A DNA stretch of 60,114 nt, filler included, from Hausera hauseri (lineage: Eukaryota), in NCBI GenBank assembly GCA_046269625.1. It is 11 parts of 11 records of this genome, joined end to end, with 100 filler letters (N's around TTAATTAATTAA, not from the genome) between each part and the next. Parts side by side here need not be neighbours in the genome. Positions count along the whole stretch, not along the records: positions 53,709 to 60,114 come from JBJURY010104098.1; 10 more parts are not named here. One strand, given 5' to 3'. A program made the position numbers and the translations under genes. Positions within the stretch are counted from its first letter, which is position 1, and every line of letters starts with the position of its first letter. The notes below the pieces were generated by a model, which saw only the letters and a list, made by a program, of their open reading frames with translations, was not told the origin of the DNA and did not search any database. Positions 59,962-60,114 of this stretch are shown here, in pieces.

Positions 59962-60114
59962 AGACCCTTCGCGAAAATTCAGTTCGAAGATTAGGAAGTT
60001 TACGCACTGATAGACACCGCATCCGAAATATCGCTGACAAAGCATGACTCAATACCGCAGTTTGTACGGAAACAATTATATCGACCTTCAACAACAGATC
60101 CAGGAAGTATTTGA
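59962..60114 (+). pseudogene. Retroviral-type aspartic protease N-terminus (start of pol)
   Basis: RPFAKIQFED*EVYALIDTASEISLT. Confidence 0.7.

Larger units (their letters stand above)
53709..60114 (+). mobile_element. Decayed env-bearing LTR retroelement with order gag - coiled-coil region - env - protease
   Basis: CCHC knuckle CYICGQEVHVARSC (53806-53847); glycoprotein motifs at 57510-59350; ALIDTASEISL at ~60004-60036; all on the + strand. Confidence 0.8.

Overview
Eukaryotic (AT-rich, probably invertebrate animal) DNA made of 11 unrelated short contigs joined by 100-nt artificial spacers (N44-TTAATTAATTAA-N44), so adjacency across spacers carries no meaning. The window is dominated by transposable elements: two decayed CsRn1/Kabuki-type Ty3/Gypsy copies, one coding-intact Gypsy with a -1 frameshift signal, a BEL/Pao element, DD37D (maT), piggyBac and Tigger DNA transposons, a Polinton-type polB fragment, and MITE and LINE scraps. 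There are four host-type genes: a C2H2/AT-hook zinc-finger gene, an intronless TRAF, a divergent RPB6, and a coiled-coil protein with LC8-binding QT motifs. The most unusual signal is a set of apparently 'complex' retrovirus-like LTR elements. (i) 38515-42775 (-): the Gypsy integrase C-terminus runs in frame into a type-I membrane protein with FN3-like repeats. Downstream lies a catalytically dead DEDDh/REX4-like exonuclease in frame with a RING finger. (ii) 20702-21727: a diverged homologue of that pseudo-exonuclease in front of an LTR-like region. (iii) 53709-60114: gag knuckle, then a long coiled-coil region, then a chuvirus/herpes-gB-like env, then the protease, so env lies between gag and pol. 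The BEL gag also carries tandem CCCH fingers instead of the usual knuckles. All family assignments come from motif recognition by eye; no database searches were run.
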